Origin: Clostridia bacterium | GTDB taxonomy: Bacteria > Bacillota > Clostridia > Oscillospirales > CAG-272 | Assembly (NCBI GenBank): GCA_017462795.1 | Contig: JAFTQL010000035.1 | Location: 62,360-126,359 of the forward strand | Length of the DNA: 64,000 nucleotides | Direction of reading: 5' to 3' | In this document: one piece after another, positions 36,766-45,611 of the stretch | Layout: every line of letters begins with the position of its first letter | How positions within the stretch are numbered: position 1 is the first letter of the stretch | Notes under the pieces: model-generated | What the model saw: only the letters and a program-made list of their open reading frames with translations | Database searches by the model: none | Told to the model about the DNA's origin: nothing | Translations under genes and position numbers: made by a program

Positions 36766-37599
36766 TTATCTGTAATATTTTCCCGTTCTCTTCAGGTAAT
36801 CGATGAGCATCATGGGCCAGTCTGTCTGTATCATATCAAAGCCTCTGTCAGCAAGCCAGCCCCAGCCCTCGTCCTCCGATACGGTAAGCGCCGTGTCGTC
36901 CGAGTGCCCAGCCGCTATCTGCCTTTTGCAGTCGTATATGATGGAATTCACCCATACCAGCTTGCCGTCCTTGTGCATTCTCTCAATAAAAGACTCTGAT
37001 GCCACATCGTCGGTATCATCATAAAACAGTACCTCAACTCCAACGTAGTTGATGTCTCTGCCCGACAGCTGCTCATGTCCGTCAAAGCTACGACTTACAA
37101 CGGGCATATAGGCAAGATCGGGAGCAAGCTCCTCAAGAACGCTCAGCACCTCCGGTGTGGGTGGCGCTTTTACAACGATCTGATCAAGCATATCATGCTT
37201 TTTTATAGCCCTGTATATCGCCTCGGGATTGCCCCAGAACTTATCCACATTGATAAAGCATCTTCCCTTGAAATGCTCAAGAAGATCATCAAATCTTTCT
37301 ATTCCAAACTGGGTGGGAACCCTATCTATATTCAGATATTTTAGCTCCGATACCTTATTCCATGAAAGCTCCGTAAGCTTTTCGGAAATGCCGAGATGAG
37401 CGCGTTCCATACCGGGATGGAAAATTATCAGCGCTCCGTCAGCCGTAATATTCACGTCTGTCTCTATCATATCCGCGCCCTGCTTCAGACCGATCTCATA
37501 GGATGCAATGGTGTTGCAAGGAATATTGCCGCCGAAAACTCCTCTGTGCGCAACGACCAGCAGCTTCTCCTCGGCGGATCTGCGTATATCAAATCTCAT
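36766..37599 (-). CDS. Glycerophosphodiester phosphodiesterase (GDPD) family protein
   Basis: 277 aa. LVVAHRGVFGGNIPCNT, GADMIETDV and IIFHPG. No signal peptide. Confidence 0.8.
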   Translation of the reverse strand: MRFDIRRSAEEKLLVVAHRGVFGGNIPCNTIASYEIGLKQGADMIETDVNITADGALIIFHPGMERAHLGISEKLTELSWNKVSELKYLNIDRVPTQFGIERFDDLLEHFKGRCFINVDKFWGNPEAIYRAIKKHDMLDQIVVKAPPTPEVLSVLEELAPDLAYMPVVSRSFDGHEQLSGRDINYVGVEVLFYDDTDDVASESFIERMHKDGKLVWVNSIIYDCKRQIAAGHSDDTALTVSEDEGWGWLADRGFDMIQTDWPMMLIDYLKRTGKYYR

Positions 37600-37638
37600 T
37601 TTTAAAGCTCTCCCTATACTGTATTTTGTATATTTGCA

Positions 37639-37667
37639 ATTATACTACAAACACCGCTGTTTTGCAA
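37639..37667 (-). promoter_or_regulatory. Candidate sigma-A promoter of GDPD gene 36766-37599
   Basis: Minus strand reads TTGCAA-17 nt-TATAAT. Confidence 0.6.
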
Positions 37668-37708
37668 TAGAAAATTTGTTTTTTCGTAAAAATACCTGCG
37701 CGAGAATA

Positions 37709-38416
37709 TTACTGTTTGGCTATCGCGTAGGAAACAAGCAGATCGGGAAAATTGACGGTCATTCCGTCAACGCCGCTATCATACGCAAGCTTCATCAGCT
37801 CAACGTCGGCAACGCCCCACGCCCGTACACTGTAACCCATCTCATGCCACGCCGATACCTTCTCTGCGGTAACATTCTCCGCCTGCGGACACAGCTGCTC
37901 TCCGCCTATCTCCTTCATTCTCGCAATAGCTTCGTCATCAAAATCAGCGGCAAGGTGTCCCACCCTGTATGAGGGACACAACGCCTTGAATGTCCTGATA
38001 CACTCAAACTTGAAGGAGGTCACCACTGTTTTTTCCCGCATATTGTACTTTTCAAGAAGCTCAAGAACCTCTTTTTCCGTTCCCGGCTCTTTAAGCTCGA
38101 TGGCAAAATTAATGTCGCGGAAGCCGAAATAACGCAAGAAGTCCTCAAACCTCACAATAATATCCTCGGTTGCCGTCTTGTAATTTCTGACCCTCATCTC
38201 CAGAAGCTCCGCATAGGTATAGTCTCCCACGCCTCCCGTCTCTCCGACCACACGCTCCAGAGTCTTATCATGAAACAGCACCAGAACTCCGTCCTTGGTC
38301 CGGCGCACGTCGGTCTCAATGCCGTTAGCGCCCAGCTTAAGTCCCAGATAAAAGGAACTCATAGTATTTTCGGGCGCGTATTCGCTTGCGCCCCTGTGTG
38401 CATACACCACAAACAT
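37709..38416 (-). CDS. Glycerophosphodiester phosphodiesterase (GDPD) family protein
   Basis: I prefer the ATG at 38416 (MFVVYAHRGASEYAPENT, with AAGAGG 8 nt upstream) over the track's TTG at 38437. GANGIETDV and VLFHDKTLERV. Confidence 0.8.
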   Translation of the reverse strand: MFVVYAHRGASEYAPENTMSSFYLGLKLGANGIETDVRRTKDGVLVLFHDKTLERVVGETGGVGDYTYAELLEMRVRNYKTATEDIIVRFEDFLRYFGFRDINFAIELKEPGTEKEVLELLEKYNMREKTVVTSFKFECIRTFKALCPSYRVGHLAADFDDEAIARMKEIGGEQLCPQAENVTAEKVSAWHEMGYSVRAWGVADVELMKLAYDSGVDGMTVNFPDLLVSYAIAKQ

Positions 38417-38433
38417 AATCAAAACCTCTTTGC

Positions 38434-39357
38434 TCAATAATTGTATGTCCTGTAAGACCTTCGGGCGAGATATCGGTCTATAAGCCGCTGTATTCCCCGC
38501 ATGTCCGACGGGGACGCAAATATCTCAGGGAAATTGGTAGTAGCGCCGTTATAGCAATAATTCTTCTTGCGGTATGCCTCAAGGTCAAATCTCGGCTCAA
38601 TCGAAGTATCGCCGCAAAAGGAATAGTCCTGTCCCTCGGCGCGCTTGCCCGTGATGGCGCAGTACAGCATAAGAGACGTTATGTATCCCGACAAAAGGTT
38701 GGGATGGAATCCGTCCTCCTCGGTCTTACTGATTATAAAGCTGTTTTTATCATAGCTCATAACGGCATCGGGAACGGCTGTTCTTCCCGTAATGATATCG
38801 GATACCAAGCCGCCCCAGTCAACAACGGTAATGCCTTTATCCTCAAGCCCCTTCAGGCTGTTCAGAATTTTTTTCTGCCTTACCCTGTACGCTGATATCC
38901 CGTAGGATGCCACATTACAGAGATAAACAAATTTTACGTTCGGATTTTCACCGCGGAAGATATTTGTTATTTTTTCTATATTCTCCGCAAACTTGTCATC
39001 GGAGCAGCCTCTGCTTCCCGCCGAGATCACAACGTAATCAAATTTGCGCTCTGTCAGATAGCTCAGGTGATCCACCCCGTCACATCCACGATCCGCACAG
39101 CAGTTTCCACCAAACATATCATCCAGAGTGTGTCCCCCAAAGGTCCACGAGGTGACCTCCACCTCTTCTCCGTTGGCTCGGCAAAGCTGATAAAAATAGC
39201 CTTTATCGCCCGTGCGTTCCTTTTGACCGAGTACCTTCTGAATTATCTTGAACACGGTCTGACTGTAATGGACAAAGGAATTACCTATAAAGATAACACT
39301 TTTTCCATCAAGAGATACCGATGTGCCCTTATCTTCTGCCGATCCTGTATCTATCAT
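38434..39357 (-). CDS. SGNH-like hydrolase-fold protein (DUF4886-like), cytoplasmic
   Basis: 307 aa. VIFIGNSFVHYS (block I-like) and EDGFHPNLLSGY (block V-like). The family assignment is from memory of the motif pattern only. Confidence 0.55.
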   Translation of the reverse strand: MIDTGSAEDKGTSVSLDGKSVIFIGNSFVHYSQTVFKIIQKVLGQKERTGDKGYFYQLCRANGEEVEVTSWTFGGHTLDDMFGGNCCADRGCDGVDHLSYLTERKFDYVVISAGSRGCSDDKFAENIEKITNIFRGENPNVKFVYLCNVASYGISAYRVRQKKILNSLKGLEDKGITVVDWGGLVSDIITGRTAVPDAVMSYDKNSFIISKTEEDGFHPNLLSGYITSLMLYCAITGKRAEGQDYSFCGDTSIEPRFDLEAYRKKNYCYNGATTNFPEIFASPSDMRGIQRLIDRYLARRSYRTYNY

Positions 39358-39417
39358 ATCCTTTTATACATCTCCTTTGACTTATTTACTCGTATTTCGG
39401 GATACGAAATGCTGAAT

Positions 39418-41214
39418 TTAAAATGAAATATCCACGATCTCGGGACAGTGATCGGAGGCGATAAGCGCATAGGTGCAGGTCACTGTTGCAAAACCGTTTA
39501 CTGTAATATTGCCGTATTTCCATACCTGGTCAATGGAATCGGCATATTTTTTTGTGGGACGGCTCCATGAGATATAGGTCTCATAGAGAGTGCTGTACTC
39601 AGCATCCTTGTGATGTCCCGATGAATCGTTCTTCAATGCAGCCTCATCCCATGCGGATACCAGACCGCCACCACGGAGTATATCGGCAGGGGCGGAGGAA
39701 ACAGTGCAGTTGAGGTCGCCGCCCACTATGAGAGGAAGCTCGGCATAGGAGGCATTTGAGCGTATAGTACCGATAAGCTCCAAAAGCTGTCCCGCCTCGG
39801 AAAGGCGCGCCGCGTCTCCCTCAAGATCACTTGTCCAGTAAAAGTGAGTTGACATGGCAATAAAGCACTTGCCCGTAGCGCGCACACGCATGACAGCCCA
39901 GGTCACCGACTTGGAATTCACGTCATTCAACCCCTCATAAAGCAGGTATCCGCTATCCACGATCTCAAGCTTATCGGAACGGTAAAACAGGGGAGTAAAA
40001 TTGGATGAAACTCCGTTGACCCTTACCTCGGACTAGCCCAGCTCTGTCAGCTTGCTTATCAGACTGCCGCTTCTGACGTTGGAGCTGAATTCCTGAAAAC
40101 CGATCACATCGGGAGAATACGCCTCAAGCATCTCAAGCTGCATTCTCATACGCACGCTCTCGCTGTAGCTCTCCCATCCGTACATGTTGTAAAACATGGT
40201 GCGGATGTCGCCTGTGCTTGCAAGAGTGCTTTCCGTTCTGCGCTCAAAGCCCTCGGTGGCGTCAACTGTATCCGAACGCTCGGAGACCGTGTAGTCCTTA
40301 TTACCACCGGAGGGAATGAGCGTCTTTGTTACATAATCGTAAAGCTCGTCATACGCGGCAAAACCGTTTGCCGAAAGCTCCAGCTTACCGTCCGATGCCT
40401 TTACGCTGTACTCATTCTTCCCGGGGGGCGAGGAGGAACGGGAGGTATTTCCTATCAGTATCTCATGCTCCCCTGCCGTGCCGGAGTCATCCGAAATATT
40501 CAGAAGTACACCGTAATTGTTCATCAGCCAGTATCTCAGACTGTAGGCAAAAAAGTGTTCATTTACATCCGCGTTCTTGGGAATGACCATGTCGTATTCA
40601 CACAGCTCCGTACCCAATATCTTGACACTGCCTATTCCGTATTTTACCCTTTGATGGACGGTGTGGGCAGAGGAAACGGTGAGAGTACTCCCCGCCTTCA
40701 TCTGAGCGGACATTATATTGTTCATAAAATACTGTACCGCCGTGGTGCACGCCTCCGCGCTCTTTCCGCAGATAACGACCTTGTTACCGACAATGCCGAT
40801 ATAGTAGTCGTTCATCTTTTCAAGCGTTTCGGCTATCTGCTGTGACTCTGCCCACTGTGTAACGCCCACAAGTATGGCGGGCTCGTCGGCAAGCACATCA
40901 CTGTAGTATCTGTCCGTGGACATCTGCAGCAGTACTCCCGTGCCGTTCTTTATCATCTTGGACATAGCGCCGATGACGGATACAAATGCGTCATCCGATG
41001 AAAGAGAGGACGCATAGTAAATGCTGTAGTCGCTCTGACCGTTTTCAACCACCGTCAGAGAACTTCCCGCAAAATCGGAAGAATCGGTGGACGTACCGCC
41101 CACCGTTTCTCCCGTATATTCTGATTGACCGAAGCAACCGACAAGACACACGGCTGTCATAGCCATCGCAAGAATGACGCAGATCAAACTATATACAGTG
41201 TGTTTCCGCATCAT
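39418..41214 (-). pseudogene. Cassette C exported EEP-fold phosphoesterase lipoprotein, interrupted by one in-frame TAG (40033-40035)
   Basis: ORFs 40033-41214 and 39418-39960 are in the same frame, and the 72 nt between them are open. The read-through translation ..VIGFQEFSSNVRSGSLISKLTELG*SEVRVNGVSSNFTPLFYRSDKLEIVDSGY.. aligns with the paralogue 41389-42585, ..ILAFQEFGKHYRKQEFLGGLEALGYTEVGNG..LTPLFYRADTLKVVACGY.., with the stop opposite Tyr. Lipobox CLVGC|FG. C-terminal SDHCPEIVD. Confidence 0.75.
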
Positions 41215-41354
41215 CAGAGCCTCATCAGATCGTCTATACTTATACCTGTGATATCATTGTCACTGTAAGCGCTCGTTGCCAGTGACGCGGTGATTATATC
41301 CTGCATATCAAAGATCTTTGCGTCTGCTATAGGACAAATATATTTCTTTTTCAT
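41214..41354 (-). CDS. Small ORF C (46 aa), member of the three-copy peptide family
   Basis: Own translation: MKKKYICPIADAKIFDMQDIITASLATSAYSDNDITGISIDDLMRL. GGAG is 8 nt upstream. Its TGA overlaps the ATG of the downstream lipoprotein gene (TGATG), which indicates translational coupling. Confidence 0.55.
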   Translation of the reverse strand: MKKKYICPIADAKIFDMQDIITASLATSAYSDNDITGISIDDLMRL

Positions 41355-41388
41355 TTTTATTCTCCGTTCAATTAAAGATTAGATTAAA

Positions 41389-42585
41389 TTAATTAATGGA
41401 AAAATCCGTTATCTTCGGACTGTGATCCGAGGAGAGACAAGCGTATCTGTCGGTAACTGTCGCGAAAAGCTCCACCAACAGTCCGTCCTGCCATACATGG
41501 TCTATAGACCATTCGCCGCTTTTTGAGGAATGGGAGGGACAGGTGATGAACAGCTCTGCCTCCGTGTCCCATACGGCATACGCGCCGTGACCGTTGACGG
41601 AGTTCAGCGCGCATCCCGAATCGTCAGCCGCGCTTTGTACTCTCACAAGACCGCTCTCAGCGAGTATGTCAAGCGGCTCTGTGTCTCCTCTGCCGTAGCT
41701 GCAGTTGAGGTCGCCTCCGACTATCATCGGCAAATTGCCGTGCTCCGCGCGGATATCCGCCAGCAGCTCTGTCAGCTCTACGGCATTTGAGCACCTGGTT
41801 TTATTGGCAACTCCCGCCTCAAGCTCGGGATCATTCCACATAAAGTGAGTACACATGGCGATAAATCTTTTTTTGTCGTCATTGCGCTCAAATACCGCCC
41901 ATGTTACCGATTTGGAGCTTACGTCGTTAGCACCGCCGAACAGTCTGTATCCGCACGCGACTACCTTCAAGGTGTCCGCTCTGTAAAACAGGGGGGTGAG
42001 GTTAGTTCCCTTTTCGTTGCGCAGCTCGCCGTTTCCCACCTCGGTATAACCAAGCGCCTCCAAGCCACCAAGGAACTCCTGCTTGCGGTAATGCTTGCCG
42101 AATTCCTGAAAGGCAAGTATATCGGCATTGTAGGATCTCAGCAGGCTGAGCTGAAAGGGCTGACGCTCGGCGGGCGTGGTGTTTGCCTTTTTGTTGTTCC
42201 AGCCGTATACGTTATAGTTCATATAACGTACCCGACCCGCCCGCTTTGCTCCGCAGGTCCTCAGAGAAACGCCGTCGCCCGACAACGATGTAATACCGTC
42301 AAGCGATTCCTTTGTCCGCAGCTCCTCACGGAGAGCCGACATTGCCGCCTCGTAGCCGTAGGCAGAGCCCGCGCATATGTATACGCGATCACCCTCGGAG
42401 CGGATCACATATCCGTCACCCTCGGGCATATCCGCATCGCCGATGTATATATCGCCGTCCGCCCCACTGTCGCATATTATTTCGGAAGTTATTCCCTGAT
42501 ATTCGGCTATCGCCGCCCGCAATTCCGACGCGGTATAGCGCTCCTCAAAGGACGCCTCTGCCGGAATTATTATCCGTTGATCCAT
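41389..42585 (-). CDS. Cassette C signal-less EEP-fold phosphoesterase with N-terminal accessory domain
   Basis: 398 aa. The N-terminal ~100 aa (..DIYIGDAD..DRVYICAGS..) resemble the accessory domains of 12510-13760 and 39418-41214. Motifs ILAFQEFG, GGDLNCS and SSDHSPKITDF. The start overlaps the stop of 42585-43796 (TAATG). Confidence 0.8.
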   Translation of the reverse strand: MDQRIIIPAEASFEERYTASELRAAIAEYQGITSEIICDSGADGDIYIGDADMPEGDGYVIRSEGDRVYICAGSAYGYEAAMSALREELRTKESLDGITSLSGDGVSLRTCGAKRAGRVRYMNYNVYGWNNKKANTTPAERQPFQLSLLRSYNADILAFQEFGKHYRKQEFLGGLEALGYTEVGNGELRNEKGTNLTPLFYRADTLKVVACGYRLFGGANDVSSKSVTWAVFERNDDKKRFIAMCTHFMWNDPELEAGVANKTRCSNAVELTELLADIRAEHGNLPMIVGGDLNCSYGRGDTEPLDILAESGLVRVQSAADDSGCALNSVNGHGAYAVWDTEAELFITCPSHSSKSGEWSIDHVWQDGLLVELFATVTDRYACLSSDHSPKITDFSIN

Positions 42586-43796
42586 TATGCAACAGTTTCA
42601 ACAGTAATATCAGCTGCTGTGTTACCACTGACAGTGATCTTATATGTGTCTCCTACCTGTTCGCCATTTTCCATATGGTAAGCTACTGCGTAGAAGGTAT
42701 ATGTGGTATTCACTTTCAGACCCGTCAGCTTCATACAATACAGATAATCTCCACCGAGCCACCAAGCATGACATGTATTATCGTCTGCAATAATACTCTT
42801 GTATACCGTACCACAAGCTATGGGATCAAGAGTCTTATTGTCAGTGGAAAGCTTAAATCCTATATTTTCGCTTGCAAGGTTTTGGGTATTCAGCAATCCA
42901 ACCAAACGAAGTGTATATTCATCATTCTCTACTGCAGTTGCCTGCACACCGGCAATTTTGGTTACGGTGTCTGTTTTTTTGCCATTGAGTGTAACAGTAG
43001 TCAGGTTGTCAGATGATACAGCATAGAAATCATTACTTATATCTTTTTCATCATCCAAAGTAAATTCACCGCAGTTAGTAAAATAAGCGTTGAATCCAGC
43101 CTTAAGCTGTACATAGGCAAATCCTATACCTATATCGCACGAACCGTTTGCGATAGCATCCTTTACATCTTCAGTCAAAGGCACAGCAATGTGATAAATT
43201 GCAACCGCAGGGGTACTGTCAGACGCTATATCGTCATTTCTTCCGATTAAAATACCATTTTCCATGGCTGACGCTTTGTTTACAGAAGCATAAATCTTAG
43301 GTCCCCATGCACCGGACCAACCTCTATCCTGCAAAGTCAGTTTATCATATGTTAAATGATTTGTATACTTGCCATCTAAATCATCATCTTCACTGTAAGC
43401 AGCGTAATGCACTCTTAAAACAATTTTATTATCAACTTCACTATCCGCAGTATTAAAGTCAACGTATATAAATTCTTCGGCGTGTTGATGTGCGTTTGTA
43501 TAATCACTATTGTATTTTTTCAAATAATTCATAGTCGTTTTTATATACAAGTAATCGCCATCATGAGCTACGGCAAATGAGTCTCCATTGGTAGAATAAC
43601 CATTCACTGCCGTTCCCGCTACTGTGTTATTCCACACATAAGAAGCTCCACTGTATTCGGGATTCAACTGCTCCGCAGTCATTCTGTCTCCCTGCGCGAC
43701 CTCAATAGCGGGAGATGCCGCTGTCCAAGCCATTGCAGGTACGCTTAACGCAAAGAGCGAAGCGCAAACAAGTAAAATAGAAATAATTTTTTTCAT
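42585..43796 (-). CDS. Cassette C free member: secreted protein, N-terminal domain paralogous to 43818-45590, C-terminal shared module
   Basis: 403 aa. Signal peptide ..LSVPAMA|WT. HDGDYLYIKTTM and IYHIAVPLTEDVKDAIANGSCDIGIGFAYVQ..YFTNCGEFTLD match HAGDYLYIYTRM and IFHIAVPLSEANKTALANGSCNIGVGFAYIQ..YYTNCGEFTLD. The C-terminal module reads ..TLRLVGLLN..IGFKLS..GTVYKSIIADD..GDYLYCMKLTGL..TYTFYAVAYH. Confidence 0.75.
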   Translation of the reverse strand: MKKIISILLVCASLFALSVPAMAWTAASPAIEVAQGDRMTAEQLNPEYSGASYVWNNTVAGTAVNGYSTNGDSFAVAHDGDYLYIKTTMNYLKKYNSDYTNAHQHAEEFIYVDFNTADSEVDNKIVLRVHYAAYSEDDDLDGKYTNHLTYDKLTLQDRGWSGAWGPKIYASVNKASAMENGILIGRNDDIASDSTPAVAIYHIAVPLTEDVKDAIANGSCDIGIGFAYVQLKAGFNAYFTNCGEFTLDDEKDISNDFYAVSSDNLTTVTLNGKKTDTVTKIAGVQATAVENDEYTLRLVGLLNTQNLASENIGFKLSTDNKTLDPIACGTVYKSIIADDNTCHAWWLGGDYLYCMKLTGLKVNTTYTFYAVAYHMENGEQVGDTYKITVSGNTAADITVETVA

Positions 43797-43817
43797 GTCA
43801 ATTCTCCTTTGATTTTT

Positions 43818-45590
43818 TTATTTTTCGGAGGTCTTTTTTGCTTTTCCAAAGCATGCCGCCGCAATAAGCACAACAGCCATCACCATTGCCATGCCGCCGA
43901 TGGAAGAATTACATCCGCCCTCCGCGTCATCAGTGCTGTTGGTGTCAGTCGCCTGAACATCGCCGCTTGTTTCCACATCCGAGTCGCCCGCGGTCGTTTC
44001 CTCGGCATTCGTGTCGCTCGGAACGGAGGGTACTGTGGACTTATTAGCCACAAAGTCGGCATAAGAGGCTGTTATAAACTCCTCAAATTTGGGCATTACA
44101 AGCTTCATTCCGTTCATATTGAGATGGGAAACATCTGTATTGGTCAGGCAATACTGAGAGCGGAATGTCTCGCTTGTCATGTCAACGCCCGAAACAGCGG
44201 GATCGTTTGCCTTGAAGCAATATACTCCCTGTGCCTCGCAGACACTTATCATGGCGTTGGCATAATCCGCAGACTTAAGTCCGATGTCGTTTGTACCGCC
44301 AAAGTTCCAGACAGTTGTAAACATTATCATAGCGTCGGGGTACTTCTCCTGCAGACCGTCAATGAGAACATTCAGCGCTCCCATAAAGGTCTTGGGGTCG
44401 GTGCTGTCCACTGTTCCCAGCGGTACTTCATTGTTATAGTCATTGCGTCCGCCGTCTACGATAATAAGGTCTGCGTCGTTATCCGCCATGCCCTTATAAC
44501 GGTCAACCATGGGAGTGGGATCAACGGTGGGAGCATAGCTTGATACCATTCCTCCGTTCATGCCGTAGTTCTTGAACTTCCAATAGTATTTGTCAGAAAG
44601 AAGCTTGGGCCATACGTAATCATTACCCATGGTGTGTCCCGCAAAGTAACTGTCTCCAATAATATTTACGGTAAGATCCTCAAGAGCCATGTCATAGGCG
44701 CGGCTTCTGTCCGCCTCTACCCACGCCTTCATCTGAGCGGCGATCTGCTCGGGAGTTACCTCGGCGATGTCCGCGCTTCCGATAACATTATCGGGAGTTG
44801 TGGTATTCGTACCCTTTTTAAGGGTAACAGTGGTAAGCTTATCCTCTGTTATATCGTCGTAAAAATCGTTACCTACGTTGTCGGCGTTGTCAAGAGTGAA
44901 CTCGCCGCAGTTGGTGTAGTATCTCTCAGCACCCGCTGTCTTGCACTGGATGTAGGCAAAGCCCACGCCGATATTGCAGGAACCGTTTGCGAGAGCCGTC
45001 TTGTTCGCCTCGCTGAGCGGTACCGCGATATGGAAGATAGCGTCCTCGCTGTTCTTGTTGCTGTACTCGTTACGTCCGAAGAGGATACCCGCCGCAAGAC
45101 CGCTATCCTTGTTTACGGTGGCGTTATAGCCGGGTCCCCATTCGTCGTTCTGACGCGCTCTGTCAACGACACCCTCTTTATAGTAGGATATATTTGTTCC
45201 GTCAAGCACATAAGGACCGTAATTGGGCTTGGTGATCATAATGTAATCCACCTTGTTGTCGCCCTGAGTAAGGTCAACGTAAATAAATTTCTCTACCTGT
45301 GTACGGTAAGCATAGGGAGGAGTCATCCTTGTGTATATGTACAGATAATCTCCCGCGTGTGTTATTTTAAATTCGCCCACGCCCTCATATGCGCCGTAGT
45401 TAGTTCCCGCAACGGTAACCGCGCCGCTCCAGTCATACGCCGCGTCACCCTCAAGCTCGGCGTATATCTGCTCATATGTCATTCCGTTGCTCTGCGGAAC
45501 CTCCACAGCGGGGGTTGTCCACGCCATTGCGGGAACGCTCAGCAAGAGCAAGGAGATACAGGCAAGTATCAAAGATATAGCTTTTTTCAT
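43818..45590 (-). CDS. Cassette C anchored member: secreted protein with shared N-terminal domain + SGNH esterase domain + C-terminal GGCNS-TM-KAKK tail
   Basis: 590 aa. Signal peptide ..LSVPAMA|WT. SGNH blocks VNIIGDSYFAG, GMNGGMV, IVDGGRNDY and DVSHLNMNGMK. C-terminus: AEGGCNSSIGGMAMVMAVVLIAAACFGKAKKTSEK. Confidence 0.8.
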   Translation of the reverse strand: MKKAISLILACISLLLLSVPAMAWTTPAVEVPQSNGMTYEQIYAELEGDAAYDWSGAVTVAGTNYGAYEGVGEFKITHAGDYLYIYTRMTPPYAYRTQVEKFIYVDLTQGDNKVDYIMITKPNYGPYVLDGTNISYYKEGVVDRARQNDEWGPGYNATVNKDSGLAAGILFGRNEYSNKNSEDAIFHIAVPLSEANKTALANGSCNIGVGFAYIQCKTAGAERYYTNCGEFTLDNADNVGNDFYDDITEDKLTTVTLKKGTNTTTPDNVIGSADIAEVTPEQIAAQMKAWVEADRSRAYDMALEDLTVNIIGDSYFAGHTMGNDYVWPKLLSDKYYWKFKNYGMNGGMVSSYAPTVDPTPMVDRYKGMADNDADLIIVDGGRNDYNNEVPLGTVDSTDPKTFMGALNVLIDGLQEKYPDAMIMFTTVWNFGGTNDIGLKSADYANAMISVCEAQGVYCFKANDPAVSGVDMTSETFRSQYCLTNTDVSHLNMNGMKLVMPKFEEFITASYADFVANKSTVPSVPSDTNAEETTAGDSDVETSGDVQATDTNSTDDAEGGCNSSIGGMAMVMAVVLIAAACFGKAKKTSEK

Positions 45591-45611
45591 TTTTATCCCC
45601 CGATGAAATTA

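Noticed and set aside
40033-40035. TAG as a programmed recoding site (pyrrolysine or suppression)
   Set aside because: TAG terminates other genes normally (for example 22518-23315). No pyl genes or recoding signals were seen. The stop aligns with an ordinary Tyr codon position in the paralogue.
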